Part shown: in pieces, positions 1 to 21,997 of the stretch
Position numbering within the stretch: position 1 is the first letter of the stretch
Layout of the letters: each line of letters opens with the position of its first letter
Assembly: GCA_964252035.1 (NCBI GenBank)
Contig: OZ176205.1
DNA length: 64,000 nucleotides
DNA from: Podarcis erhardii
Lineage: Eukaryota
Direction: 5' to 3' (one strand)
Program-made: the position numbers and the translations under genes
Notes under the pieces: generated by a model
What the model was told of the DNA's origin: nothing
Databases searched by the model: none
The model's input: only the letters and a program-made list of their open reading frames with translations

Positions 1-457
1 TTCTCGAGTTCCATCTGAAATTGTATTAGCGTTGCGTTCACCAACAGTAAAAAAGAATGGAAGAGAGCCAGCTCTTTTCTCTATATGATGCGCCAACAGC
101 AAGATTGCCAATGGAAATGCAGGCCTCTTTGGACAGCTGTAAGAAATTCAGTAGGTGAAACCTTTCCTGTCACTGAGACAGAGTGATGGAAAAGCTTCAC
201 TTGTATCATTTCTGCTTAACACACAGCAGAAGACACAATAGTCCTGCCAAAAAATAAGCTGGCAACCTTAAATAAAACAATAAACAAACCCTAATTAGCA
301 CCCATAACTTGAATAAGTTGTTTCAAGCTCTTTTAAATATTGTGTTGTAGCTGTTGTAACCCACCTTGGAACCTTGGGGTGAAGGGTGGGTAATAAGTTG
401 TAGTAGTAATTATAATAATAATCACTAAATCACTAAAGGAATTCTTCCCTTTCACAG

Positions 458-8556
<8,099 letters not shown>

Positions 8557-9563
8557 GAAAGGAGGAATACCACCCCTTTCTCCTTTCAGGACTAGGCTTT
8601 CCTTCTAATGAAGATAAGTCAGCATAGAAATGCCTACTGTCTTCCTTTGTATACTTCTCTGTGTGTTTTGTGTATAAATGAAACAACTAAAAGATTATGC
8701 ATCTCTAATCCACCCACGTCTGTGATTTTCTCTGTATTTTTAATTAAGGATATGGGGGCTGTTTTTAAGGGTGCATCTGCATGAGGTTTTGGTGGTGGCA
8801 GGATTGGATGTACTTTTACCCATCTGCACAGCAGAGGGTAGTTATAGTCTGCTCTGCCTGCAACTGACCATATAAACTAAAGCACAACATCAGTTAATAT
8901 TTTCTTTCCACAGACTATACCATACCACAAGGAGAGCTTTCTCCTGACCTTCCCATTGGCAGCAGAACACCAAAATGTGTTCAGAATAACTGTTTGTACA
9001 TATGATCCCTAAAAATGTAATTCTTCTGCCATGATTATCTAGAGTCTTCCTTGTTGTGTGTGTCTGTCCATGTCAATCACTACAAAATTAAAGACATTCA
9101 CACATGCATGGCACATTAGTCTATCAATAGCTGTTAACTGGAACATCCTATATTCAGAGGCTGCCTCATTAGCAAATGCTGAGGATGCTGCCTTTGGCTT
9201 TGTTTATGCATTGGAGAGGATATAACAGAGGCACCTTTTTAGTCCTAAAAAAAATAATAATACAAAAATCCACCGTAAAACCAAACTGCCGCTATTAAAG
9301 TACAGTAGGCTGATAGGATCATGTTTCTAATTCTTTCTCTGAGTCAATTTCAGTGTGATTACTTTATATTGGAAGTCATGTACTTGAAGTGCTTGTGAAA
9401 TGCAAAAAAAAAAACCCACAAAAAAATATTGCTGAAACATTCACCCTCTTCCTTTAGAATTAGTGTCCTATCCACCCTTTTGAAGTGATCAATTCTGCAA
9501 GTCTTCCCTCTTTAATCTTTAAGGGATCACCACTGGATAATATTTTAGTGTATTATATTTTAG

Positions 9564-11162
9564 TGATGTCAAGGGATGCCAACAACAAGAAGAAGAAGGT
9601 TCTCTCTGCGACTGCAAGAGTCATTCCCCTCTGAAAATTCTAAGGATCTTGGTAACATCTGCTAAATTAGCATTTTAAAGTGGTTCTGTTCCTACCTCCT
9701 AGAAACTGTTCTGGTCAGTACCCCAGAGGTTAATCCTTTCCCACTCATCTAGAATCTCTTTGAAAAAGAAATGTCAGTGTTTGCCTATTTCCTTTAGGTA
9801 GGAAATGCTGGCTGTCATGGTACCAGCAGGGATGTATGTAAGAGGCCACCCTGGCTTAGTAAAGTCTAAGCTTTAGAATTGGCTAAGACCAATACCAATA
9901 AATGTAGGCTACCAAGAAGTAACATCTTCTATTTTTGTTTCTTTAGAAGCTGCTTGCTCTCTTTGATGTTTCCTTCCGTATGTGCTCATCAATAAGTGCA
10001 TCCCTGTGTTTGTCGGCTCTAAAACTGGTGCGAATCTATAGGACGCCTTCTTTTTTAAAAACCATTGTACTGTGCCTAGTTACTTTAGCAACTTAACAAA
10101 ATATGTCTCTCCCACATCTCTACAGCCACAAGAGGAGTTGCAACCTTCCAACAGTTTGACTTCACCTCCAAAGGTGCATTCCTCCACTGTCTCCCGAGAC
10201 AAATGAATGCCAACAAAAATTAGTATACATAATATGGAAAACAAATAATTGAACACGAGCTACTTTCATATTCATGCCCCAAATGTCTCCTAGATCAGAG
10301 AGCGATAAAACAAAGAGGGAAATGATTCTGAAGCAACTTCACATAAACAGTATAACAAGAGAAGCAGCCCCCAAGCTGACTTCGTTTTACTCTGTGCTTT
10401 TCTTCTGTGTCTTTGTCTTCATTCAGTAGCCATAAACCTATTGCCCTATTTTGTTCCACATCAACATGGCTTCTACTATAGTTGAGAATCTTACTTGTAT
10501 TGGGCCTCATTCAGTTTTATTCCCAATATTGTGGTGATTACTTTCAGTGCCTAATATTTTCAATGGCAATTTTGTCAAGAATGTCCTACTGAAAAAGGGA
10601 GGTGCAACACCATTGCTCACTCCAGATACAGAAAAGGAGTAGGGATGGAGTACTTGACCAAAGATATCAGGTAGAAAGATTCCATTCAGTTTTCTGTCAT
10701 CCTTTTAGACTACCTCATGCCAGTCTCCAGCTTGTGGTGGTCGACTTCTTATTTGGTATGGGCCTATTTTAGTTTTGCATGTTGCAGAGTTGTCCTGTAG
10801 CTTGCTAATGAAATACACATGATTCACCAGATCCTCCCAAGGGGAACCTTTATGCATATAAATTAAACTCAGCAAAAGTATTTTTCCTTCCTATGTCCTT
10901 TCTGATTTGTCACATTTTACTTACTCTTACCCTTATATAATCAACTACCTTTAACATTCCTTCTCTGCTCCCCTAACACCCAACTGGGCAGTATATATAG
11001 TTCTTCAAGAAACCCCTTTCTTGCCTTTGTGCTGCAGTATGCTCACATGCATCAACCTTCCCCTCTTTTTTCATTTCCCCCCATCTCTCCCTGTTACCTT
11101 CCTGGCTGTGGCACTGGCAGCACCCAGATACAGAAACCAAAGGCTTCTCCATACCTTCCTAG
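9564..11162 (+). CDS. Candidate low-complexity linker mini-exons joining CCDC17 to the downstream exon chain
   Basis: One open, phase-compatible path is 9564-9651 (phase 2>0), 10126-10173, 10626-10670, 11038-11162 (phase 0>2), each with AG/GT ends. The peptides are not recognisably conserved and other paths exist. Confidence 0.35.
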
Positions 11163-11464
11163 GTAAATACGAAGTATAGTTTGGATTTTCCTTTGCAGGG
11201 GTATATTTCTCTCCACATTCTGCTGCCGCAATAGAAATTGGCAATGAGACAATTGCTCTACTTGACTTTAATAGCCAGATATACAGTATATCAATTGCTC
11301 TTTACTTTTCTTGTAACCCAGCTTCATTGCTTAATCTAGCAAGGTTCTGATTTGGTGGGGAACTGCCATTTTGCTGTTCAAGAAGGGGAAAGGTGCTGCT
11401 TGCTGTTGAAGGACAGGGGCAACAGCTGAAGAGCAGTGGGTTAATAAGCCTCTGATTATTTCAG

Positions 11465-14400
11465 GAAATTTGAAGCAGTGCTCAAGTGGCCACAATCCCA
11501 GCAGAATGAAAGAAGACAATTAGGGTTCATCCTTGATAGAGTAAAAGGCGCCCCACCGGGAGATGGGGCTGTCCGGCTAACTGGTTACCATCAGAAAACT
11601 GGTCAGGTATGGAACATGTGTGGCTCTGTCAATAGCCCCAGTGTCATAGTTGGTGTTCAGCTAGCACCCTGGTTCAGCATTCTAGCAGAACCATCCTGGA
11701 GTTCTTTATTATTTTAGGAAGAAACACCAAGAAAGCATAAAAAGGAAGTTGGACCATGTGTTACATTTTTCTCAAACTTGATTTCAGGTGATTACCACCA
11801 AGGACTCGGGACTGAATTACTGCACCGATTCCATGAGATCCAATATTAAACATGGCTACTTCGTGTTTGGAGAACAGGAGGTATAGAATGGCGCTTTGGC
11901 AGGAGAGTGTTAGGCTTGGAGATGGACTTAGGTTTACATCCCAGTCCAGCTGGGAAGTTCACAGAGTGTCCTCAGACAGGTTATTATCCTTGCACTGATT
12001 GGATGGTTACTTAGCACTACCATTGCTGCAAGCGCTAGAATACTGTACAGTGGTATCTTGGGTTACAGACGCTTCAGGTTACAGACTCCGCTAACCCAGA
12101 AATAGCACCTCGGGTTAAGAACTTTGCTTCAGGATGAGAACAGAAATCGTGTGGCAGCGGTGCAGCGGGAGGACCCATTAGCTAAAGTGGTGCTTCAGGT
12201 TAAGAACAGTTTCAGGTTAAGAACGGACCTCCAGAATGAATTAAATTCTTAACCCGAGGTACCACTGTATTTGTTTCTCAGAGGCCAAGTTTGCTCAGAC
12301 CTCACCACAACTCAGTCACCTGTTACCAGAAATGGTAGACCAGTTCTCTGATGCTAGATAAGTATTTACATTGGTTTAGAGTATTTACTTTCCGCAATCC
12401 TGGGGACAATTCTTGTGGATGCCCATGCTTAACTATAAGAAGCACTCATGTTGCTTGTTTGCAAAATATGGGCTTTGGGTTTTCTTGCCAATGGTGTAAA
12501 AGCAGTTCTGAGCTCAGAGAAAAACATGCTCATTCCTAATCCATGAAAACAGTTAGGTGGTTTTTGAGTGTGGTGTATGGCAGAGGGAATTGAAGGGTAG
12601 AAGGTGCTGGAAATTATAGCACTACTCTTGGCTCACCTGAACTGCTTCTTTTTGTTTCCTTCAGGAAACCTTCTGGGATGTTGAGCCACAGCAGGACATG
12701 ATCCTTATTGCTCGCTTTTACCACTGGCCCAGTGGGAGGGTGGCACCCACCCCCTGGGACAAAGGATTCAAGCCTCAACACCAGCCACTACTAGGGAGTG
12801 ATGAATGGCTGGCTGCCTGGGCTGTGCTCAGACTGACCAAGATGTATGAATCCCATAAAGTGATGGTTACAGGTATGCTGCAGGCATTTCTGGTTGCCTG
12901 GTGCTATGATTCCCCACAGGAATTAAGGTTTTCCTATTACTAGTCTAGGAATTAAGTTTTCTGCATTCTGCTTTCACAGGTGCAATGAAGAAAGGGGAAC
13001 CTGGGATGCCTGTCTGGAACACAGGGACTCATACACTGACTCTGTATCATGGCCCTGTGCCACCTGTTGTAGCTCTGTCAGTGATGGTAAGTCCACTCCT
13101 GTAAAGCAAACCAAGGTTAACCAGGTAGGTAAAGTACGCCAATATTAATACCAGCAAAAGGCTGAAGAGATGTTAAACATCTAATGACTCGTTCAGTCTT
13201 GCTGCTCTTATTGATGCAATACTCCTTACTGGCTTACTCTAGTAAAGACTTACAACTGTAATCTTCACAGAGCAGTATTTTATATGGAAGCAACAGTATG
13301 TAATACTTAAGAGGACTGAATCATTGGTTAAGCCTCCATTCTGTTGTGTGTTGATTCCTTGGACCATATCCAGTGCTGCAGCTCCACTGCAATAAAACAC
13401 TGCTATGCATGCAGTAGAAGCACATGGGGGCAGAAGAAATGGAATTTCTGTTGTGCCAGTGAAGCTATGTGCACAGAGCACTGGATAAAGCCCCATGTTT
13501 TAAGCTGTGCCTTATTATGCTTTCCTCTTGTTTCATTCCCATCTGCACATAATGCTTTGCTCCTAGTCAATGGAGGAGAATCATCAGGACTTCAAGATAT
13601 ATGGTGATGCTACTTTAAGACTGCACATCTTCAGCACCCAGAAACCTGAGCAGCCTTTCCCACCAGAGTCACCACCTCCACTTGACCCAGCAAAAACCTG
13701 GCCTCATGTGAGTGCTGGGCAAGGACGGTTTTACAGTCCCTACAGGGCTTGGGATAATTGGGACAGACCTTCCACCTCCACTCAGTACACAATCTGGCTG
13801 CATACATATTATACCTTTAAAGTGTATCTGAAGAACCTCCTTTCCTTCAAAGAATTCTGGGCACTGCAATTTACAGTTCTTTTATCTGTCCTGAATCTTC
13901 CAAAATTCAGCTTCATTGGGTCTTCAGGAGTTCTGGTGTTATGAGAGAGGAAGAACAAATTTTCTCTATATACTCTATGCCATGCTTAATGTTATAAACA
14001 TATGTCACATCTCATGCACATTTTCTTTAAACTAAAAAGTCCCAAATCTGCAAGCTTCCTTCACAGGGGAGTTGCTCCATTTTCTTGATCATTTTGGTTG
14101 CCCTTTTGTGAACCTTTTCCAACACGACAATATCCTTTTTGAGGTGAGGTGACCAGAACGGTACACAGAATTCCAAATGCAGTCACACCATAGATTTGTA
14201 TAAAAGCATTATGGTATCAACAGTTTTATTCTCAGTTCTTTTCCTAGTGATCCCTAGCATGGATTTTGCCTTTCTCACAGTTCCTGTACACTGGATCAAC
14301 ATCTTAATTGAGCTAACTACTATGGCCCCCAGGTCTTGTTCCTGGTCAATCACTGCTACTTCAGACCCCATTGAGAGTATATGCGGCATTAAGATTTTTG

Positions 14401-17400
14401 CACCAGCATGCATTTCTCTACATTTGTTTACAACGAATTGCATTTATGTTTGCTCATGATAATAAACTGTTCGGGATTGTTAAAACAAAAGGACCTTTAA
14501 ACTGAGTGAAAGTGCAGTAAAATGACCATTTAGTATCATCACAACTTTTCCCCCCACAGGAAGCTTTTATTCATCATTTCAGGGAGACCCCTCCTGTAGA
14601 GCCTTTCAGAGCTGGAGATGGCTTTGATCTATACATTGATGGAGCCCGCTTCCTGCCTGATGGTGTCACTGTTACCAGGGTCACTGCTCGCATCTTCACC
14701 AGTGGTTTCATGCAGTAAGGAGGAACAGTTCTCTGGGTTTTTCTTCCCTAAAATGCCATCTTTCCTCTGCTTCTCCCAGGCTGCATACGTGCTATGGGTG
14801 GAATTCAATGGGGCACTCTCACAATTGTTCTGTCTGTGCAAGCCTTCCAGACAGAATGACCCTCAGTCTCCTACCCCTGATTTTAATGTTTCTATGGTTA
14901 TGTCCTGAAGCACGCAAAGGGTTTTGCTTCAGTTCAAGGTGCCACGACAACAGAGGAGCTTAACAATGCCCTCTTATGGAAAACATCTAGCTGAAGGTTG
15001 TTTCTGCTTCTTCCTTTCAGAATTGGGCCAGACATTTGCACTGGGATTGACCTGAATAGCAGCATATTTGATCCACTTTACAACTACTCAGTTGAAATCA
15101 GAGAGCCAGTGATAGCGCCTTGTGCAACTCTTCTATTAAAGGTTTGTGTTGGTATGGGTAAAGGGCGAGCAAAGAATGCTGCCAATGAATGAAGCATCTC
15201 CTGCTGGGGGTCAAGAGTTAGGAAGTTAAGGATCTTTCCTTTCCTGGAATGGAGCTGGAACAACTCCCCTGTGTGGAAAAGTTACATCATTTGGGGCTTT
15301 TTAGTTTAGAAAAAAGAGTAAGGAGGCAAATGACGGAGCTGTATAAAATTATGCATGCTGAGGATAAACTGGATAGAGAGACATTTTTCTCCTCCTCTCA
15401 TCATATTAGAACTGGGTGCTATTAATAGCTCCAGTGGCAGAGGCATTATACCTCCGAATACCAGTTGCTGGGGAACACAAGTGGGAAGAGTATTGTTGGG
15501 GTTAGGTCCTGCTATTTATTTACTGTTTAATGCCAAAATAGGCTTCTAAGCAACCTACAAAATATAAGAGTTGCACAAACATTAAAATATAAACACCCAT
15601 AATTAAATGCAACAAAACAGGTGTATACTAAAACAAAGTAGTAGTTAAAACTGGAGACTCAGGTCAAGAGATTAAGAGAATGCCTGTGTAAGCAGGCTGA
15701 GGCGTATCTTCAAAAGACAGCAGAATGCTTGCAGGCTTCCTATAGGCATCTAGTTGGCCACTATGAGAACAGCATGCTGGACTAGGTGGGCCTTTGGTCT
15801 GATTCTGCAGGGCTATTAATATATTCTTCATGGAGGACATTATGGCAACATCTTCCTGACCTCCAACACAAAACAGAACTATGGGTCTAGCTGCCAGGGG
15901 GGGATGAACTAATGTCTCTTGGTATTTTACAGGTTTATTCCATCAGTCGCTTAACCTCTGAGCTCATCCAAATCGGTTGGGCAGCTCTCAATGTTTTTGT
16001 GCAATGTGGAACACACACAGCCCCTGAACCAGAGGCCAAGGGGATGCAGGTGAATTAACTGAAGGGGAGTTCAGGGGAAGCAGCCTCAGTTCTGAAAATG
16101 AAGTTAGGACATGGTTTATAATGCTGATAAGCTCCAGTAGGAAAATGCCTTCTTTCTTCATGGGTATTTTAGGAACTCTCATTCTTTTGCTGTCAACCAA
16201 AGTGCTACAAGAATGTTTCACATTCCCACTAGATCTCACAGGATAGGTTTTTACTATTAATGCTCATGCTTTCTAGTGCCATGCCAAAAATCCCACCCCA
16301 CCATAACTGCTGTGTGACCTGGAGCCCTACCCCAAAATCTTGCTGTTTCTCCACAGTTCAGATGCAAATGGTAGGAGGGGAACACAATATATTTCCCATT
16401 ACCTGTTTCCCAAGGAGGAGGAAAAAGGGTCTGTGGATAGATGTTGATTACTGTTTTCCTCAGGTCTCCCTCAATGATGGTGCTCATCAGCTCCGTATTT
16501 TTCACAACAGTCCCTGCCCAGATCAGCCCTTCTCTACCAGCTCTCTGACATCAATAGGACGGTGAGCCCCTCTCACGTACATCATTTCCAATTCCTTGCC
16601 CATCTTATCATCATACAACCTTCCCAATATCTGTCTTCTCACTTTCCCTGTAGGTATGTGCCCTGTGCAACCCTGCTAGTGAGGCTTATCAAGGCACCTG
16701 TAAATTCCAGCCATAAAACTTTACAAAGAAGCATGGTCCCTCAGACAAACTGGGCCAAAGTGGGCCTCTTTCAGTCCAGGCCTGACTATTCTGATGGTGT
16801 CTATTATTCAGACTCGGCCAAGCCTACTGCAGGAGAAAGTTGCTTCTATGAAGCCATGACCAACAGGTAAACTGAGTTTCTGTCTCCTCAGTGGCTGTAG
16901 GATGGATGGAAGTTAAAAAGGTGGAATCATAGCAATTGTGGAAAAGTCTCCCTTAAGAGGATTGCCAACTATTACTTTTAAGAATTTTTGGTGTCACTGT
17001 AGTCACATATATAAAAGCTGAGTCATTATAGTGTGTTCTATGGTGGACTATGTATTTGATGAGCCTATTGATTGGAAATTTTTTTTAATCAAAGGGCAGA
17101 AGGAACCTTACAAAACGTTAACAGTCCATCTTACATTCAAATCAGATTAACAGAAGGGTGAGCCAAGCATCTTGCCCCGTGCATCAACACACTTTGGCAG
17201 GAAATGATAGAATTCCGTAACTGTGGGCTACAGCAAAAACAGCTTTTTGTTTCACACAGGTCTGTTGTTTCAGTGCGGGAAATAGTTCACCAGCTTGAAG
17301 GTCCTAAGAGTTTAAGCACAGATGAGAAGATTGTCACCTGGATCCATCAGAAACTAACCCGGGTGCCAGGCAGCAGTCCACAGCCTTTCAGCCTCACCTA

Positions 17401-17857
17401 TGTCTCCAGATACATTCCCACCTACGGCATTAAGGTGAATAGCTATCACACTCACAGAAATTCCGTTTAGCACAAAATTTTATACATGGCTGGGATAGAA
17501 TACTATAGAGATGGAAGTAAGCTGTGTTTAACTCAGTAGTGACATCAATAGGAATGCTGGCTGCTTATAACCAGTCTTGAGTAATTTCTGCACTTGAAAA
17601 TAGTTATCAACCTTTAACCTGGTCTCTGTTGCTGTGCCTTTAGCTACATGTTGATTAACAGGCATTTATCAACTTCTGAAGACAACCACTAGTATTCTTA
17701 ATTTTCTAAAGAAGTTGACTTTCTCAGCTGTATTACTTCATATTGCTAAGGACAAAAATTCCCTGCTCACAGAAAACTGGCATGTCAGAGTAATTTGAAA
17801 TGGTATAGTTGAGAAACAAATTTAGTATTTAATGTTTTTGAGCAAACTAAGCCTTGG

Positions 17858-17913
<56 letters not shown>

Positions 17914-20900
17914 AGTGCTCTTATCCAGACTGACATCTAATCTCTGTGGTATTCCAGTTTGCATTGGACAGAGGCATGAACTTACCATGGTCTGGCTTGA
18001 CAATCGCCCAATTCTGCTTCAATCCACCTGGGGCATGTTACTTTGGGGCGCAATGGCTGAAGTATGATTACCCCATCTTTGTTGAGGAGCTTGACAAAAA
18101 CAGCTACCAGCAATGGCCTGTGTGGCTTGATGGTTTCAAGGTATCACATCCTTTATTTTGTTGTTCGTCACTCTGTAAGCCACCCTTCAGTCACAGGACT
18201 CTGAGAATGGCCTACAACTAAAAAAAGATGACACTGGGTGTTCCACTCAGCAAAGGATAGGCTATAAGATGGGTCTTCAGTAAGATGGGTCCCATGCTGT
18301 AAGAAGGAACCAACCTGTATTTCAACACTGGTTTATCTGGTATTTTTCACAAGTAATCTGTTTTATTCAGCAGAGTCTACAGCAAAGTGGCTAAATGCCT
18401 CCTGAGCCTAGTAACCAGCTAACTAAGATGCACTGTGTGGAAGGTAACTAGGTGAAGTTTTAAGCAGAATTATTAGCTCCAGAAAAGTTCAGCAAAGTAG
18501 AAACATTCTCTCTAGTGAATTAGTATTGCTATAATTAGGCTGATTCCCTACCACCTATCCCTACTAAATCTGTAGCCTATATTTTGATACCCTACTGGGG
18601 TTCAAACATTTTTGCTAGCAGCAAGGCTCAGGGTTCTTAATTTCTGTTCCACATAAAGGAAGTGTGTGCATTCCTTTCATAAATCCATTGTTGCCCATTT
18701 TTTTTTTACAGAAACATGTCATATCACTAGCATTTACTCACTGCCTTATACCAGGGGGCTCCGGGTATGTGAAATTTAATTCTGTGTTAAGGAGACCTGG
18801 CATGATTTTGAATGAGGCAGTCTGCCCATGGTGGAGTACAGTGTAAGCTTTCTTACTGATGACCATATTTATTTCCAAATTCATATTTGTGAACCTGTAC
18901 ACAACAGGTGGCTCAGCCTTTCCTTTCAGAATCTGCAACTTGTTTTTCAGACCTGTCCCCACAGAGTTTACCATGAATATACAGCCATTATTATTCACCT
19001 GTACCAAGGTGTGGTGAATCCTGCCCAATGTGCCTCGGGTGAAAAAGAATGCCAAGCAGCACAAAGAAGAGTCATGCTAAAAGGGGAACAGTTACATTAC
19101 ACTCAGAAAAGTGGGGCATGGACAGCTCTTCATGTGTTTTCCAGAGGTTACTGCAACACTGGCATTTACCAACTGCCCTTATACCAGGGGGCTCCCAGTC
19201 AGGTATAGTTAACTTAACCAACCAGCTAAAAGTTAGACATACATGCCAATTTTCTTGCAAAAACAAATTCCAGCAGCTGGGCAGGGGCATGCACTCATTA
19301 GCGCGCGCACACACACACACACTCACACACACACACTGTACAATGTTTCCCTGCATCACCTGTATAACACCATTCTGTCAAGCTGAAAGTTATCCACTTC
19401 CCCACTTTTGAGCTTTATGTGAATGCAGCATCAGTTAAGAACTGATGGCTCATCCCCACAGAATTCAGTACTTTCTGAAGTCCCTACTTGTGTACGCTTA
19501 ATGCCTGCAAATATCTTAGCAATGACAAAGGGTACAAATGGCAACTAGTTCTCCCAGCTTTTGGAGGTGGTAATGGTGCAAAGCAATGAACCAGTGCCTA
19601 TAACTGCTAAGCATTCCCCACCCCATCTTTGGCTTAAGTGTTACCAGCTCTTGACCCACTTGTTTTTACACACTACTATAATTTAGTCCAAAGTCAGCAA
19701 TCTGTTTCTAATTTCAAGATGTTGTTTGGGGTGTGTACAAAAATAGTAAGCTTTACAATGCTACTTTGTATTGTTTTGGGAACACTTCTCACTATTTCTC
19801 TCACTTAAGGAATCTCTTGCAGTAGTCTACTAAAAGAATGCTGCAAAGAAACAGTAGGTGGTTTGTTCTTTTCTGGTTCAAGGTTTGTTCTTTCCTTAAC
19901 AGATCATCCTGGCTTCCTTATCTGAAGGGAAATGCAGCAGCATTATGAAGAGCATGCTCCAAAAGAAAGAGGTATGAGACTAGTTAAGCATAGAGCAGTA
20001 GCTTCACAAAGCTTATCCAAGAAGTAAAACGGTGAAGTAAGGGGAGCACTTGCAATTCTTTTCTAGATCGTATTATACAGGGTAGTAACAAAAACTGATG
20101 CAAAAGGTAGACCACACAAATCCCAATTTTCTCAAACACTACTGCAAGTGCAGAAAGTTCCAAGGAGCATGGCTGGCAAAGATTTTTGGGAGCAAGACAG
20201 AAGGTGGTTTGCAACATCAGCCCCACCATCATACAAATGGATTCCAAAATGTGTGTTTGTGCTGCAGAGAGATCCTCCCTGAAGACTGCCAAGTCAGATA
20301 AACCAATGTACAAGACTATGTTTCTTTATAATGTAATCTTTAAATTTAAAATTTACCTGAACCAGTGGTTCTAAAATGTTTTTCTTTCGGCCACACTTCC
20401 AGAATAAAAACTTGCTCACGCCATACCAAATTGTTTGGTAAGAAATACATTGAGAGAAAAGAAACTCAAATTAGTGTTTTTTTGTAAATATATTTATCCA
20501 TAGTCTGCAAATAATTTTTTTTTTTTTTGATACTACTGTATACTACACTGAAATGTTTAAATATTTGATTGTCCTTGAATCTTCTTGCCACACCCTTTGA
20601 GAACCACTGCTTTACAGATTCATTTGGGTGCAATGGGGAACATTTATGTGGTCTACTAACCCTGGAGTAGAAGGCTCCAGTAGAGTAAGGAGGCACTTGG
20701 ATATTCTGTAATTATATGAAAACCTCAACAGCCTCAGGTATGACAGGCGCCTGCAATCTATGTAAGCCCTACTTTATCCCCGTTTCACCATTATTCTTGT
20801 TCAACAATCACACATATAAAAGAATGTACTTAATGCTATAGTTTTAAACTTCCAGATCCAGTTGGTGCCAGGTGCATCTGTGGTTGTGCGCATAGCAGAT

Positions 20901-21997
20901 GGAAGATGGGATGAACTCAGATATACATCAGGGGTACGTATACTAGCTAAGTGAATCTAATCATCACAAACTTTTCATTCCACCCAGGAAAACAAAAGGA
21001 TGAGCATACTAATTAACCATCCACTGGAGAAAACCAAAAGCAATCTCACTTTCATGTTTACCATTTATCAATTTTCTGTGCAGCCAAATTGTAAAACAGA
21101 GCCAGGTGACTTGTTTATAGTGGATTGTCAGAAATCACGTATACTAAAAAGGTTACCAGTAACTGTTCAGAGCACAAACTAACCACACATTAGATCATCA
21201 CATCCTAGCTGACCTTGTCATTTGTTTCAGAGTATTGATCAATCTTATCTGCCAGAGACAACAGATCTGTACAATAAGGAACCCTCTGGAAGAAAAATTG
21301 CAGAATTAATGTTGCAGGAGACTTCAAGAAAACAGGTAAAATTGGGCTATAGCCCTACTTATGAATGGAACAATTTGTCAACTAGCAACAGCCACAGTGC
21401 AGCTCTCCTGACATAAATGAAATTATAATTTAACTGCAAGGTTTGAAGTACACCCATTCTAGTGAGATCAGAACAAATGGAAGTTGCTACATACATTTCC
21501 TGACCGAAAGCTTTGCTCAACATTCTCCATACTGAAGAAATGAACCTATGCTGCCAATTCTTGCAGCAGACCAGCAAGAAGCAAGCAGCATATAAGCGGC
21601 ACACAAAGCACTACCAAACCATTCTACGTTCTAAATCTTATAATAATAATCCAAAAATTGAGAGAACAAGGTACAAGATCTACTACAGAAGCCACAAACA
21701 GAAAACTCATTCAAATTGTGTCCAAAAGTAAGATTCAGGAGCCTGGCTAAAGGAACTTTAAAGACTGAATCTTCCTTTAGGACAAAATTTAAATGAGTTT
21801 TCTGTTTGTGGCTTCTGTCTCAATTTTTGGATTATTAATATAAGATTTAGAACGTAGAATGGTTTGGTGGTGCTTTGTGTGCCGCTTATGTGCTGCTTAC
21901 TTCTTACTGGTCCACATTCTCCATAAGCAGTGCAGGTTTAATTGTGACTTACATGTTTTTCTTTCAGACAAAGTTGAAGGCATTGGAACAAATTTAA
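11465..21997 (+). CDS. CCDC17-like C-terminal extension (or separate downstream gene), ~760 aa with three C2-like repeats
   Basis: 17 exons with pyrimidine-rich AG acceptors and GT donors, all phase-compatible and stop-free: 11465-11606, 11788-11880, 12665-12872, 12980-13086, 13567-13707, 14560-14714, 15021-15141, 15933-16049, 16464-16561, 16654-16866, 17260-17434, 17958-18140, 18951-19202, 19903-19971, 20856-20933, 21231-21335, 21968-21997 (TAA). Total 2287 nt. Peptides include GFDLYIDGARFLPD, IGWAALNVF, YVPCATLLVRL, RPDYSDGVYYS, FALDRGMNLPW and TGIYQLPLYQGAP. Confidence 0.85.
12048..12267. mobile_element. Tc1/mariner (Tigger-like) MITE
   Basis: TA|CAGTGGTATCTTGGGTTA ... TAACCCGAGGTACCACTG|TA: TIRs with TA duplication. 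Confidence 0.85.
13880..14450 (-). mobile_element. CR1 LINE ORF2 3' fragment (degenerate)
   Basis: Minus-strand translation QFVVNKCREMH...DQEQDLGAIV...KAKSMLGI...LLYKSMV...HLEFCVPFWSPHLKKDI is the typical CR1 post-RT region. Confidence 0.8.
15700..15828 (+). mobile_element. CR1-tail-derived SINE/LINE 3' end
   Basis: GCATCTAGTTGGCCACTATGAGAACAGCATGCTGGACTAGGTGGGCCTTTGGTCTGAT resembles the squamate CR1/Squam 3' tail. Confidence 0.55.
17861..17911. repeat. (TG)n microsatellite ~45 nt upstream of acceptor 17958
   Basis: Uninterrupted TG run. Confidence 0.9.
20363..20609. mobile_element. hAT (Charlie-like) non-autonomous element
   Basis: TIRs CAGTGGTTCTAAA ... TTTGAGAACCACTG. Confidence 0.65.
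21569..21912. repeat. Long imperfect inverted repeat (arms 21569-21738 and 21765-21912)
   Basis: The right arm's reverse complement matches the left arm except for scattered substitutions and a ~22-nt insertion in the left arm; 26-nt loop. Confidence 0.9.

Noticed and set aside
13125-13225. Short imperfect hairpin (CAGCAAAAGGCTGAA / TTCAGTCTTGCTG) as a miRNA precursor
   Set aside because: The stem is short and bulged; more likely a decayed MITE or chance.
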